Below, piece after piece: positions 28,071-36,766 of a stretch of 63,878 bases of DNA (position 1 is its first letter; the number at the start of each line of letters is the position of its first letter). The stretch comes from Syntrophales bacterium (GTDB lineage Bacteria > Desulfobacterota > Syntrophia > Syntrophales > UBA2185): assembly GCA_049512055.1 (NCBI GenBank), contig JBEKXK010000006.1:1-63878 (forward strand). The letters run 5' to 3'. Made by a program: the position numbers and the translations under genes. The notes under the pieces were generated by a model. It was given only the letters and a program-made list of their open reading frames with translations. It did not search any database and was not told the origin of the DNA.

Positions 28071-29600
28071 TTGATTGTAAAGGTCATCAGCAGCACCGTT
28101 GTCGGTGTAGATTCGTATCCAGTCGACGTGGAAGTAGATATATCACCGGGACTTCCTCAATTTTTGACGGTAGGGCTTCCCGATGTTGCAGTCAAGGAAA
28201 GCAAAGACAGAATCAAGGCGGCCATCAAAAATTCCGGCTACAAATTCCCCAAGAACCACGTTACCGTAAATCTTGCACCCGCAGACATTAAGAAAGAAGG
28301 AACCGGTTTCGACCTTCCCATTGCAGTAGGCATCTTGACAGGCGAAGGATGCATTGAGCTTACGGACGCTCTCGATTACATCCTCGTCGGAGAATTGTCC
28401 TTGGACGGAAGCATCAAGTGCGTTGATGGAGTCCTTCCCGCGGCCCTCCTGGCAAAGGAAATGGGGAAGAGGGGTATCATCGTGGCGAGGGAAAACGCCA
28501 ACGAAGCCGCCATGGTGGAAGCTGTCGAAGTGATTCCTGTTGATGTCCTTTCCGACGTTGTTGAATTTCTTAACGGCAGGAAGAAAATAATACCATTGAC
28601 GCTTGACGTAGCCGATTTATTCAATAAGAGTTGTAATTATCCTTTCGATTTCAGCGAGATCCGCGGTCAGGAGCACGCAAAAAGGGCATTGGAAGTTGCC
28701 GCAGCCGGAGGTCATAATATAATAATGATAGGTCCGCCGGGCTCAGGAAAGACGATGCTGGCACAGAGGCTCCCGACCATACTTCCCGGCCTGACTTTTA
28801 CTGAAGCAATTGATATTACGAAGATATTTTCTGTAACAGGACTGCTCAACAAGAGAGAGACCATTTTAGGGACGAGACCGTTTCGAGCGCCCCATCACAC
28901 AATTTCAGATGCCGGACTCGTGGGGGGAGGACACACTCCCAGACCGGGAGAGATCAGCCTTGCCCACCACGGCGTCTTGTTTCTCGACGAGCTGCCGGAA
29001 TTCAAGAGAAATGTCCTTGAGGCATTGAGACAACCTTTGGAGGATGGACATGTCACGATCACGAGGTCTTCCATTACTGCCACATATCCGGCAAGATTTA
29101 TGCTTGTGGCGGCTATGAACCCCTGCCCCTGCGGTTATTATACCGATCAGACGCGGGCTTGCAGATGCACAACACAGCAGATCCGCCAGTATCAGGCGAG
29201 GATATCGGGACCCCTCTTGGATAGAATAGATATTCATATCGAGGTCCCGTCGGTAAGATATAAGGACCTTACGGGAAGGTCTGCCGGTGAATCGTCCGGC
29301 GCCATTAAGGAAAGAATAGAGCGGGCGAGGTCCATGCAGAAGCGAAGATTTGCCGGCCGGAGTCTGCAATTCAATGCGAGGATGTCAGACAAAGAGATAA
29401 AACTATATTGCACTGTTGATGAGGAATCCCAGAAACTAATTGAAATGGCCATTGAGAAACTCTGGCTCTCAGCACGGGCCTATACCAAGGTGCTGAAGAT
29501 TGCCAGAACTATTGCGGATATTGAAGTAGATGAGAATATCCGGTCCCGCCATGTCGCCGAGGCCATCCAATATAGAAGCCTTGATAGAAAAATGATTTAG
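28071..29600 (+). CDS. comM: YifB/ComM Mg-chelatase-like AAA+ ATPase
   Basis: VGLPD..KESKDR, VNLAPAD, FDLPIA, GPPGSGKT, FRAPHH, LFLDELPEF, NPCPCGY, SGPLLDRID. Confidence 0.95.
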   Translation: MIVKVISSTVVGVDSYPVDVEVDISPGLPQFLTVGLPDVAVKESKDRIKAAIKNSGYKFPKNHVTVNLAPADIKKEGTGFDLPIAVGILTGEGCIELTDALDYILVGELSLDGSIKCVDGVLPAALLAKEMGKRGIIVARENANEAAMVEAVEVIPVDVLSDVVEFLNGRKKIIPLTLDVADLFNKSCNYPFDFSEIRGQEHAKRALEVAAAGGHNIIMIGPPGSGKTMLAQRLPTILPGLTFTEAIDITKIFSVTGLLNKRETILGTRPFRAPHHTISDAGLVGGGHTPRPGEISLAHHGVLFLDELPEFKRNVLEALRQPLEDGHVTITRSSITATYPARFMLVAAMNPCPCGYYTDQTRACRCTTQQIRQYQARISGPLLDRIDIHIEVPSVRYKDLTGRSAGESSGAIKERIERARSMQKRRFAGRSLQFNARMSDKEIKLYCTVDEESQKLIEMAIEKLWLSARAYTKVLKIARTIADIEVDENIRSRHVAEAIQYRSLDRKMI

Positions 29601-29644
29601 TGATAAGGGACTCTACCTACGCCGATGGTAGAGCAAAGGGGGGG

Positions 29645-30730
29645 ATGAAACGTATGGAGATTAAGATTGTTCGCGCCAAACCTAAGCAGATGAAGGCGAA
29701 GCCCGAGGACGAATCAAAGCTGGGGTTCGGTAAAATATTCACGGATCACATCTTTACGATGAAATATCATGCGGATCGTGGCTGGTATGACGCAATGATA
29801 GAACCCTATCGGCCCTTGTCCCTTGACCCTACAGCCATGTGCCTTCACTACGGACAGGAAATATTTGAAGGATTGAAGGCATACCGGGGAAAGAACAAAG
29901 CGCTCTTCCTCTTCAGACCGGACCGGAATATAAATCGGATGAACAACTCCGCAGATAGACTCTGTATGCCGCGGGTCGATCCCGATCTATTCATGGAGGC
30001 CCTGAAAAAACTTGTTCTCATCGACAAGGACTGGGTGCCTCGATCCCATGGGGCGTCCCTATATATCAGACCGACGATGATTGCCACGGAAGCGGCCCTG
30101 GGCGTGCACAGCGCCAATGCATACCTGTTTTTCATTGTCGTTGGTCCCGTCGGTCCATACTATCTCCAGGGATTCAGCCCGACGAGCCTCTACGTGGATG
30201 AAGAGTTTGTCCGGGCCGTGCGGGGAGGAATAGGGTTCATTAAGGCTGCGGGTAATTATGCCGCAAGTCTCCTGGCAAGCAAATTAGCCGCTGAAAAAGG
30301 TTTTACGCAGGTGCTTTGGTTAGATGCCATCGAGAGAAGGTATATTGAAGAGGTGGGGACGAGCAACATCTTTTTCCTTATCGGGGATGAATTGATTACA
30401 CCTCCCCTCGCGGGAAGCATCCTGCCTGGCGTCACCCGTGATTCAGTAATACAGATGGCCAGGAGGTGGAATATCGCCGTTTCCGAAAGGCCCATTTCGA
30501 TCGATGAGCTTATGGATGCATCCGCCCAAGGCACGCTGAAGGAGGCCTTTGCCTCCGGGACGGCCGCTATAGTTTCGCCCATTGGAGAGATCTTTTACAA
30601 GGGGAGGCCGACGGCCATAAGTGGAGGGAAAATAGGGGCCCTAACCGAAAAATTATACAATGAAATCCTTCAGATACAATACGGCGAAAAAGATGATCCT
30701 TTTGGCTGGAGGGTGCCCATATCGGACTGA
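29645..30730 (+). CDS. ilvE: Branched-chain amino acid aminotransferase
   Basis: FTDH, LHYGQEIFEGLKAY, LYIRP, KAAGNYA, EEVGTSN, ILPGVTR, GTAA. Confidence 0.95.
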   Translation: MKRMEIKIVRAKPKQMKAKPEDESKLGFGKIFTDHIFTMKYHADRGWYDAMIEPYRPLSLDPTAMCLHYGQEIFEGLKAYRGKNKALFLFRPDRNINRMNNSADRLCMPRVDPDLFMEALKKLVLIDKDWVPRSHGASLYIRPTMIATEAALGVHSANAYLFFIVVGPVGPYYLQGFSPTSLYVDEEFVRAVRGGIGFIKAAGNYAASLLASKLAAEKGFTQVLWLDAIERRYIEEVGTSNIFFLIGDELITPPLAGSILPGVTRDSVIQMARRWNIAVSERPISIDELMDASAQGTLKEAFASGTAAIVSPIGEIFYKGRPTAISGGKIGALTEKLYNEILQIQYGEKDDPFGWRVPISD

Positions 30731-30778
30731 GATAGGTATTTTGAAGGATATTCCCTTTGATACAGGCACTTGCGATTC

Positions 30779-30824
30779 AAATCCACAGAAGTGTGGATGA
30801 GATTGTTGATAAACATGTTGATAA
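30779..30824. promoter_or_regulatory. Cluster of four DnaA-box-like 9-mers
   Basis: AAATCCACA-gaag-TGTGGATGA-gat-TGTTGATAA-aca-TGTTGATAA in an AT-rich intergenic region. Confidence 0.65.
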
Positions 30825-31011
30825 GATGCGTAAGTCCTCAATTGTGACAATTTAATACCTCATTGCATACTATGTAGGCATTGAATAAGTTAAGCAATTA
30901 CAATATGATATATAAGTAGCCTTTAGTTTCTGCTACTTGATGATTGCTTTTCGTGAGATATAAACTCTCGGAAAAAAATATGCCATTCTTGTTCTCATTT
31001 GGTGAAAAAAA

Positions 31012-31704
31012 ATGAAAAAAAAATGCAAAGGCAGTAATCGTTATTCATTAAAGATAGCAATTTTCTTGAATTTCCTTCTATTTATTGCTTCCGGAACATC
31101 ATTCGGAAATACCCTGCCTCTTGATGAGCTGATTGTGAAAGCGCAGGAAAGATATGAAAGAACCGAGGACATAAAAGCGCAGTTCATACAGGAAGTGACG
31201 ATCAAGGCCATGAATAAGACAGAAAGGGAGGAAGGGGTTGTTTATGTAAAAAATCCCAGGAGAATGTTGTGGGTCTATTCGAAACCAAAGGCAAAAAAAT
31301 TAATCATCAACCCCAAGAAAGCCTGGTTGTATGTTCCGGAGGACCATGCTGCCTACGTGCAGGATACGGAAAATATCTATAGGTCAAAGCTGGCCGTGAA
31401 GTTTCTTTCAGGCATAGGCAAACTGAGCGAGGATTTTCATGTAGGCTTTTCAAAGCCCGACAATGTGGATAAGAATGGCGACTATCTCCTTACCCTTATT
31501 CCCAAGATTTCGGACACAGGCGTCGATAAGTTGTATGTCACCATAGATAAGGAAAATTTTCAGATCATACAATGCAGTTTTACAGACCTGTATGGAAATC
31601 TTACCCGTATCCGGCTTTCAGATATAAGAATCAACAACAATCTTGACGATAAGATTTTTAGCTTCAAGCCACCATCAGGCGTAGATGTATTCAATATGCC
31701 ATGA
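31012..31704 (+). CDS. lolA: Outer-membrane lipoprotein carrier
   Basis: Signal peptide, IKAQFIQ, KNPRRMLWVY..P, AWLYVP, YGNLTRI, FSFKPP.GVDV. Confidence 0.85.
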   Translation: MKKKCKGSNRYSLKIAIFLNFLLFIASGTSFGNTLPLDELIVKAQERYERTEDIKAQFIQEVTIKAMNKTEREEGVVYVKNPRRMLWVYSKPKAKKLIINPKKAWLYVPEDHAAYVQDTENIYRSKLAVKFLSGIGKLSEDFHVGFSKPDNVDKNGDYLLTLIPKISDTGVDKLYVTIDKENFQIIQCSFTDLYGNLTRIRLSDIRINNNLDDKIFSFKPPSGVDVFNMP

Positions 31705-31821
31705 TTGATGGTGCCACCGTCCCTCCTCCAGCAACTTTCTGATTTTATACGAGGTCATTGTAAGACTTGTTTAAGAATATGTTTGCATCAATATCGCATT
31801 TTTTTTGGCCCAGAATATCGG

Positions 31822-31904
31822 TGAATTCGATAGCGAGCGAATGCCGAATGATACTGTTCCATAAGAATCGAAGTGTTCCGCAGCTTGCTGCGGAGAGCTT
31901 CAAT
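31822..31904 (+). mobile_element. Miniature hairpin element, copy 1 (internally deleted)
   Basis: TGAATTCGATAGCGAGCG...TCCGCAGCTTGCTGCGGAGAGCTTCAAT. Lacks the first hairpin found in copies 2 and 3. Confidence 0.75.
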
Positions 31905-31954
31905 TATTTGATACCCTGTGGGTTTGGGGATTTTTCGATTTGCCCCGCTGAAAG

Positions 31955-33964
31955 ATGACACAGATGAAACGATATACGGTGGATGAGTCTACCTCCTCGG
32001 ATATTGAAAAGGCGTTGACCCTAGAGTGGCTTGATACCAACGGTTTGGGGGGTTATGCCTCCAGTACGATCCTCTCTTGCAATACGAGAAAGTATCATGG
32101 CCTCTTGGTGGCAAATCTAAGGATACCGAAAGGGAGGCATGTCCTCCTTTCATGGATCGAGGACGCGGTCATTTCAAGCAAAAGGGAATTCTTCCTTTCA
32201 TGCTGTCAATATCCCGGTTTCTTTTTTCCCGGCGAGAAGCATTTCCTCAAGGAATTCACCCTGGATTATTCCCCCCGGTTTACCTATGAGGCGGATGGGA
32301 CACGCATCCAGAAGGCGATCATGATGATCCATAACGAGGATCGCGTACTTATCAGGTATGATGTCGAAGATTGTCAGTCCCCGGGCCTCTTGCGCCTGAG
32401 GCCATTCGTTGCATTTCGGGGTTATCATGGCTTGACCAAAGAGAACATGTTCCTGCAAACGGAAACATACAGGACGGAAAAGGGATTCAAGCTGCACCCT
32501 TATGACGGCATGCCTCCCATGGTTCTCCAAACAAATGCAGAAGCGAACTTTTTTTCTTCTCCTGTCTGGTACAATAATTTTGAATATGAGAGAGAGAAAG
32601 AGAGGGGCTTTGACTGGCATGAGGATCTCTTCTGTCCTGGCATTCTCGAGATTCCCATTGAAAAAGGAAGTGCAGTCATCATCTCCGCAGCGACGGACGC
32701 CTGCCGGGAAAAGCTGGAACAAATATGGATGACGGAAACGGCAAGGCGCGCCAAGGAGGCGTCAAGAGACGAGAAGATTGCGGAGAAGTTTGAAAATGAG
32801 GAGGATAAGGTTCACGTCCGAAACCTGATTGTTTCGGGCCGGCAATTTCTCATCAGCTCACCCACAGGCAGACCGGCGATCATTGCGGGGTATCACTGGT
32901 TCGGCGACTGGGGACGGGACACACTCATCTCGCTTCCCGGTCTGACATTCCTGAGCGGCCGTTCCGAGGAGGGGATGGCCCTCCTCGACTCAATCGGCCC
33001 ATATGAAAAGAACGGTATCCTGCCCAATTATTTCTCCGATGATGAGATGGAAAATGCCTACAATACTGTCGATACGTCCTTGTGGTATTTCTGGGCCATT
33101 CAACAGATGCTGAAGTGCGGAGGCGAAATAACGTTTATCAAAAACAGGATGTGGCCGGTCATGAAGAGGATCCTAAGGGGGTATATGGATGGTACTGCAT
33201 TCAACATCTATATGGGCGAAAACGGTTTGCTCCACGCAGGTGACAAAGGCACGCATATAACATGGATGGATGCAACCGTGGCAGGCACGCCTGTAACCGC
33301 GCGATGGGGATATCCCATAGAGATCAACGCGCTCTGGTACAACGCCATCTGCTTTGCCGACGAACTCGGACAGGCTTTCGGTGACCATGAGTTTTCTCTC
33401 CGGGATCTGATATTAAGGATAAGGAAGTCCTTTATCGATACCTTCTGGATCGAAGGCGAGGCCTATCTGGGTGACGTCTTTCGCGACGGTTTTCTGGACC
33501 ATGCCGTGAGGCCGAATCAGATTCTGGCCGTTTCGCTTCCCTATTCGCCATTGGATGCAGCTAAATGGACGGGTGTGCTCGAGAAGGTGAGGACGCACCT
33601 CCTTACCCCTGTGGGATTGAGAACCCTCTCACCGGAAGATAAAGGCTATAAGGGCCGGTACGAGGGCGATGGCTTGACAAGAGATGCGGCCTATCATCAA
33701 GGCACTGTATGGCCCTGGCTTATAGCACATTTCGGCGAGGCATATATCAAGGCCGCAGAAGATAAGGCGGCGGCTAAGACATTCCTTCTCGATTATATGC
33801 GAACATTTATCCGCCAGCATATGCCGGCGGCCGGCATCGGCTGCATATCTGAAATTTTTGATGGCGACCCTCCCCATCGCCCGAATGGGTGCATTTCGCA
33901 GGCATGGAGCGCCGCCGGACTAATAAGACTGTACATGCTTCTCAATGAAACTCCTGACGGTTGA
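31955..33964 (+). CDS. Glycogen debranching enzyme (amylo-alpha-1,6-glucosidase, GH133 type)
   Basis: EWLDTNGLGGYASST..TRKYHGLL, IAGYHWFGDWGRD, TWMDA, EINALWYN, RPNQ, YHQGTVWPW, QAWS. Confidence 0.93.
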   Translation: MTQMKRYTVDESTSSDIEKALTLEWLDTNGLGGYASSTILSCNTRKYHGLLVANLRIPKGRHVLLSWIEDAVISSKREFFLSCCQYPGFFFPGEKHFLKEFTLDYSPRFTYEADGTRIQKAIMMIHNEDRVLIRYDVEDCQSPGLLRLRPFVAFRGYHGLTKENMFLQTETYRTEKGFKLHPYDGMPPMVLQTNAEANFFSSPVWYNNFEYEREKERGFDWHEDLFCPGILEIPIEKGSAVIISAATDACREKLEQIWMTETARRAKEASRDEKIAEKFENEEDKVHVRNLIVSGRQFLISSPTGRPAIIAGYHWFGDWGRDTLISLPGLTFLSGRSEEGMALLDSIGPYEKNGILPNYFSDDEMENAYNTVDTSLWYFWAIQQMLKCGGEITFIKNRMWPVMKRILRGYMDGTAFNIYMGENGLLHAGDKGTHITWMDATVAGTPVTARWGYPIEINALWYNAICFADELGQAFGDHEFSLRDLILRIRKSFIDTFWIEGEAYLGDVFRDGFLDHAVRPNQILAVSLPYSPLDAAKWTGVLEKVRTHLLTPVGLRTLSPEDKGYKGRYEGDGLTRDAAYHQGTVWPWLIAHFGEAYIKAAEDKAAAKTFLLDYMRTFIRQHMPAAGIGCISEIFDGDPPHRPNGCISQAWSAAGLIRLYMLLNETPDG

Positions 33965-34079
33965 ATTCGGTAGTGAGCGCATTCCCCGCGGCTTGCTACG
34001 GGGTAAGCGAGCGAATGACGAACAATACTGTTCCTTAAGAATCGAAGATTCTCCGCAGCTTGTCGCGGAGAGCTTCAAT
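33962..34079 (+). mobile_element. Miniature hairpin element, copy 2
   Basis: 118 bp with two CCGC(A/G)GCTTG..CGG hairpins and TTGAA/TTCAA ends. Its first bases form the TGA stop of the upstream gene. Confidence 0.8.
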
Positions 34080-34249
34080 TCCCATTAAGGAGTTCGCCGG
34101 CATATTACTGAAGGATTTTGTGGTTTACTTTGACCTTCCATTATGACATTATAAAAAATATGTTTCAGCGGTATCGTGCGAGAGTCACCTCTGTAATAAC
34201 ATTCCGGTGCAGACACATAATTGTTTTATGCTAAGGAGGCGCTCAGCCC

Positions 34250-35542
34250 TTGAGAATCCTTATGTTCGGGTGGGAATTCCCGCCCCATGTGAGCGGCGGT
34301 CTCGGAACGGCCTGTTTCGGCATCACAAAGGCGCTCGTCTCGCTGGGTCACAAGATATCCTTTGTCGTTCCCAAATGGCCCGGTGAAGCGTTGCCATCAC
34401 ACGTGGAATTGATTTCGACGCCGGCAATTCCCGTGAGGGCGGAGGATATTGACGCCTTGGATATCTTTGCCGGACTCCATGTCAGATTAATTAATTCTGC
34501 TTTGAGACCGTATCTGAGCAATGGCCAGTATGAAAAGCAGCAGCGGCGGCATTCAAACCTGTCTTCATACAAAGAGGGCTGGATGGAAACGGAGGGCTCC
34601 CACGTCTTGGAAACCTCAGGACCATATGGTCCGAATCTGATTGCCGAAGTCATGAGGTATGCAAGGGCGGCCGGTGTCATTGCCGGAGATCAGTCGTTTG
34701 ATGTCATCCACGCCCATGACTGGATGACCGTCTTTGCCGGCCTCTATGCCAAGGAGGCCAGCGGGAAGCCCCTTGTGCTTCACATTCATTCTCTGGAATT
34801 TGACAGAAGCGGCGAACACGTGAATCAGGATATCTTTTATCTGGAGCGCTTCGGCATGGTGTTGTGCGATCATGTTATTGCTGTCAGCAATTACACAAAG
34901 AATTTGATTATCAAACACTATGGTATTGATCCTGACAAGATTTCCGTGGTTCATAACGCCGTTTCGCGGGACGAGGCGCCACGGGTCTACCATTGGGAAA
35001 GAAATCCTGACAAAAAGATTGTGCTCTTTCTCGGCAGAATTACATTCCAGAAGGGTCCCGATTATTTTGTCGAGGCTGCGGCAAGAGTCTTGAAAGAATT
35101 TCCAGAGGTCACGTTTGTCATGGCGGGCGCCGGAGATATGATGTCCCGCATGATCGAGCGGGTCGCCGAACTGCACATAGGGAAGAATTTTCACTTTACC
35201 GGCTTTCTTCAGGGAATAGAAGTCGAACGTATATTCTCCATGAGTGACATGTATGTCATGCCCAGCGTATCGGAACCTTTCGGCATATCTTCTCTTGAGG
35301 CGATGATCTACGCTGTGCCTGTCATTATTTCCAGACAGTCCGGTGCAGCGGAGATTCTTGATCATGTTCTGAAAGTGGACTTCTGGGATGTGGATGAAAT
35401 CGCCAACAAGATAATTGCTATTCTACGATACCCGAGCCTAGCGGGGGAGATTATCGAGATGTCGCGTGAACAAATACGAAGTGTTCACTGGGAAAAGGCT
35501 GCGGAAAAGATCGTCGATGTCTACAGGCTCGTGACACATTGA
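34250..35542 (+). CDS. GT4 glycosyltransferase of the glycogen cluster
   Basis: GWEFPPHVSGGLG, IHAHDW, FLGRITFQKG, SEPFGISSLEA. Confidence 0.93.
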   Translation: MRILMFGWEFPPHVSGGLGTACFGITKALVSLGHKISFVVPKWPGEALPSHVELISTPAIPVRAEDIDALDIFAGLHVRLINSALRPYLSNGQYEKQQRRHSNLSSYKEGWMETEGSHVLETSGPYGPNLIAEVMRYARAAGVIAGDQSFDVIHAHDWMTVFAGLYAKEASGKPLVLHIHSLEFDRSGEHVNQDIFYLERFGMVLCDHVIAVSNYTKNLIIKHYGIDPDKISVVHNAVSRDEAPRVYHWERNPDKKIVLFLGRITFQKGPDYFVEAAARVLKEFPEVTFVMAGAGDMMSRMIERVAELHIGKNFHFTGFLQGIEVERIFSMSDMYVMPSVSEPFGISSLEAMIYAVPVIISRQSGAAEILDHVLKVDFWDVDEIANKIIAILRYPSLAGEIIEMSREQIRSVHWEKAAEKIVDVYRLVTH

Positions 35543-35554
35543 AAAGGTGGGAAA

Positions 35555-36766
35555 ATGCCAAGTATATGTCTTCTCTTTCACGTGAATAAGCCTCGCTGGC
35601 TTAAGCACTATACCTTTTTTGATATTGACCATGACCACGTCTACGAGGATTCGGAAAGAAACCTCGAGAACCTGCACATATCAGCTGAAAAATGCTATCT
35701 TCCGGCCAACCGCATCATGCTTGATCTGATCAAGCGCTATAAGGGAGATTTCCGGGTGGCGTTTTCGATCACAGGCGTTCTCCTTGATCAGCTTGAAAAA
35801 CATCGTGTTGACGTTCTTGAAAGTTTTAAGCGACTTGCCGATACGGGATGTGTGGAGTTTGTCAATGAGACCTATTACCATTCCCTTGCATATCTCTATT
35901 CGGTCCGGGAATTCAGAGAGCAGGTCATGTTGCACAGGAAAAAGATAAAGACCCTGTTCGGTCAAACTCCCGGGACACTGCGTCACACTGAGCTCATCTA
36001 TAACAGCGCCCTCGCGAAATACGCAGAAAAAATGGGATACCGCGTCATTGTGGCCGAAGGGGCGGACAAGATTCTGGGATGGAGGTCTCCCAACTATGTC
36101 TACCGACCCTCAGGGTGCAAGAATCTGAAACTGCTCTTGAGAAACTACCGTCTCTCCGATGATATTGCCTTTCATTTTTCGGACCCCAAGTGGTCTGAAC
36201 ATCCAGTTGTGGCCGATAAATATGCCAACTGGATTCACAGTATGAACGATACCGGGGATGTCATAAACCTTTTCATGAATTATGAGACCTTTGGCGAACA
36301 TAACCCGGATGAAACGGGGATACTTGACTTTCTCCGTCTCTTGCCCACTGAAATTCTGGCGCAATCCAAGTTCAGGTTTCAGACCCCATTGGAGATTGCC
36401 GGAGACTACACGCCTGTTGACGAACTTGATGTGGAGGATTATATCTCATGGGCGGATGCGGAAAGGGATTTGGACTCTAGGCTGGGAAATGCATTGCAGA
36501 AAGACGCGATTGATGCGCTTTACAGTATGGAGTCGAAAGTGCGGCGCCGGAAAGACGCGATATTTCTCCACACGTGGCGCATGCTTCAGGCATCAGATCA
36601 TTTCTTCTACATGCGTACCAGAGGGCATGCCGAGGGGAATGAAGATAAACATTTCAATCCCTACGGGTCGCCCTATGACGCGTATATCAACTATATGAAT
36701 ATCATCGATGACTTTTCCGGATATTTAGGTAAAAAGAGGAGCGCAATTAATGAAAAGGCAGAATAA
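35555..36766 (+). CDS. GH57 alpha-amylase-like protein, catalytic machinery apparently incomplete
   Basis: KCYLPAN, NETYYHSL, HTELIY, FMNYETFGEH, SWADAERD, ASDHFFYM. Confidence 0.88.
   Translation: MPSICLLFHVNKPRWLKHYTFFDIDHDHVYEDSERNLENLHISAEKCYLPANRIMLDLIKRYKGDFRVAFSITGVLLDQLEKHRVDVLESFKRLADTGCVEFVNETYYHSLAYLYSVREFREQVMLHRKKIKTLFGQTPGTLRHTELIYNSALAKYAEKMGYRVIVAEGADKILGWRSPNYVYRPSGCKNLKLLLRNYRLSDDIAFHFSDPKWSEHPVVADKYANWIHSMNDTGDVINLFMNYETFGEHNPDETGILDFLRLLPTEILAQSKFRFQTPLEIAGDYTPVDELDVEDYISWADAERDLDSRLGNALQKDAIDALYSMESKVRRRKDAIFLHTWRMLQASDHFFYMRTRGHAEGNEDKHFNPYGSPYDAYINYMNIIDDFSGYLGKKRSAINEKAE

Noticed and set aside
30731-31011. Chromosomal origin oriC
   Set aside because: Only one compact box cluster and none of the usual origin-flanking genes. 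Kept as DARS-like pending GC-skew analysis.
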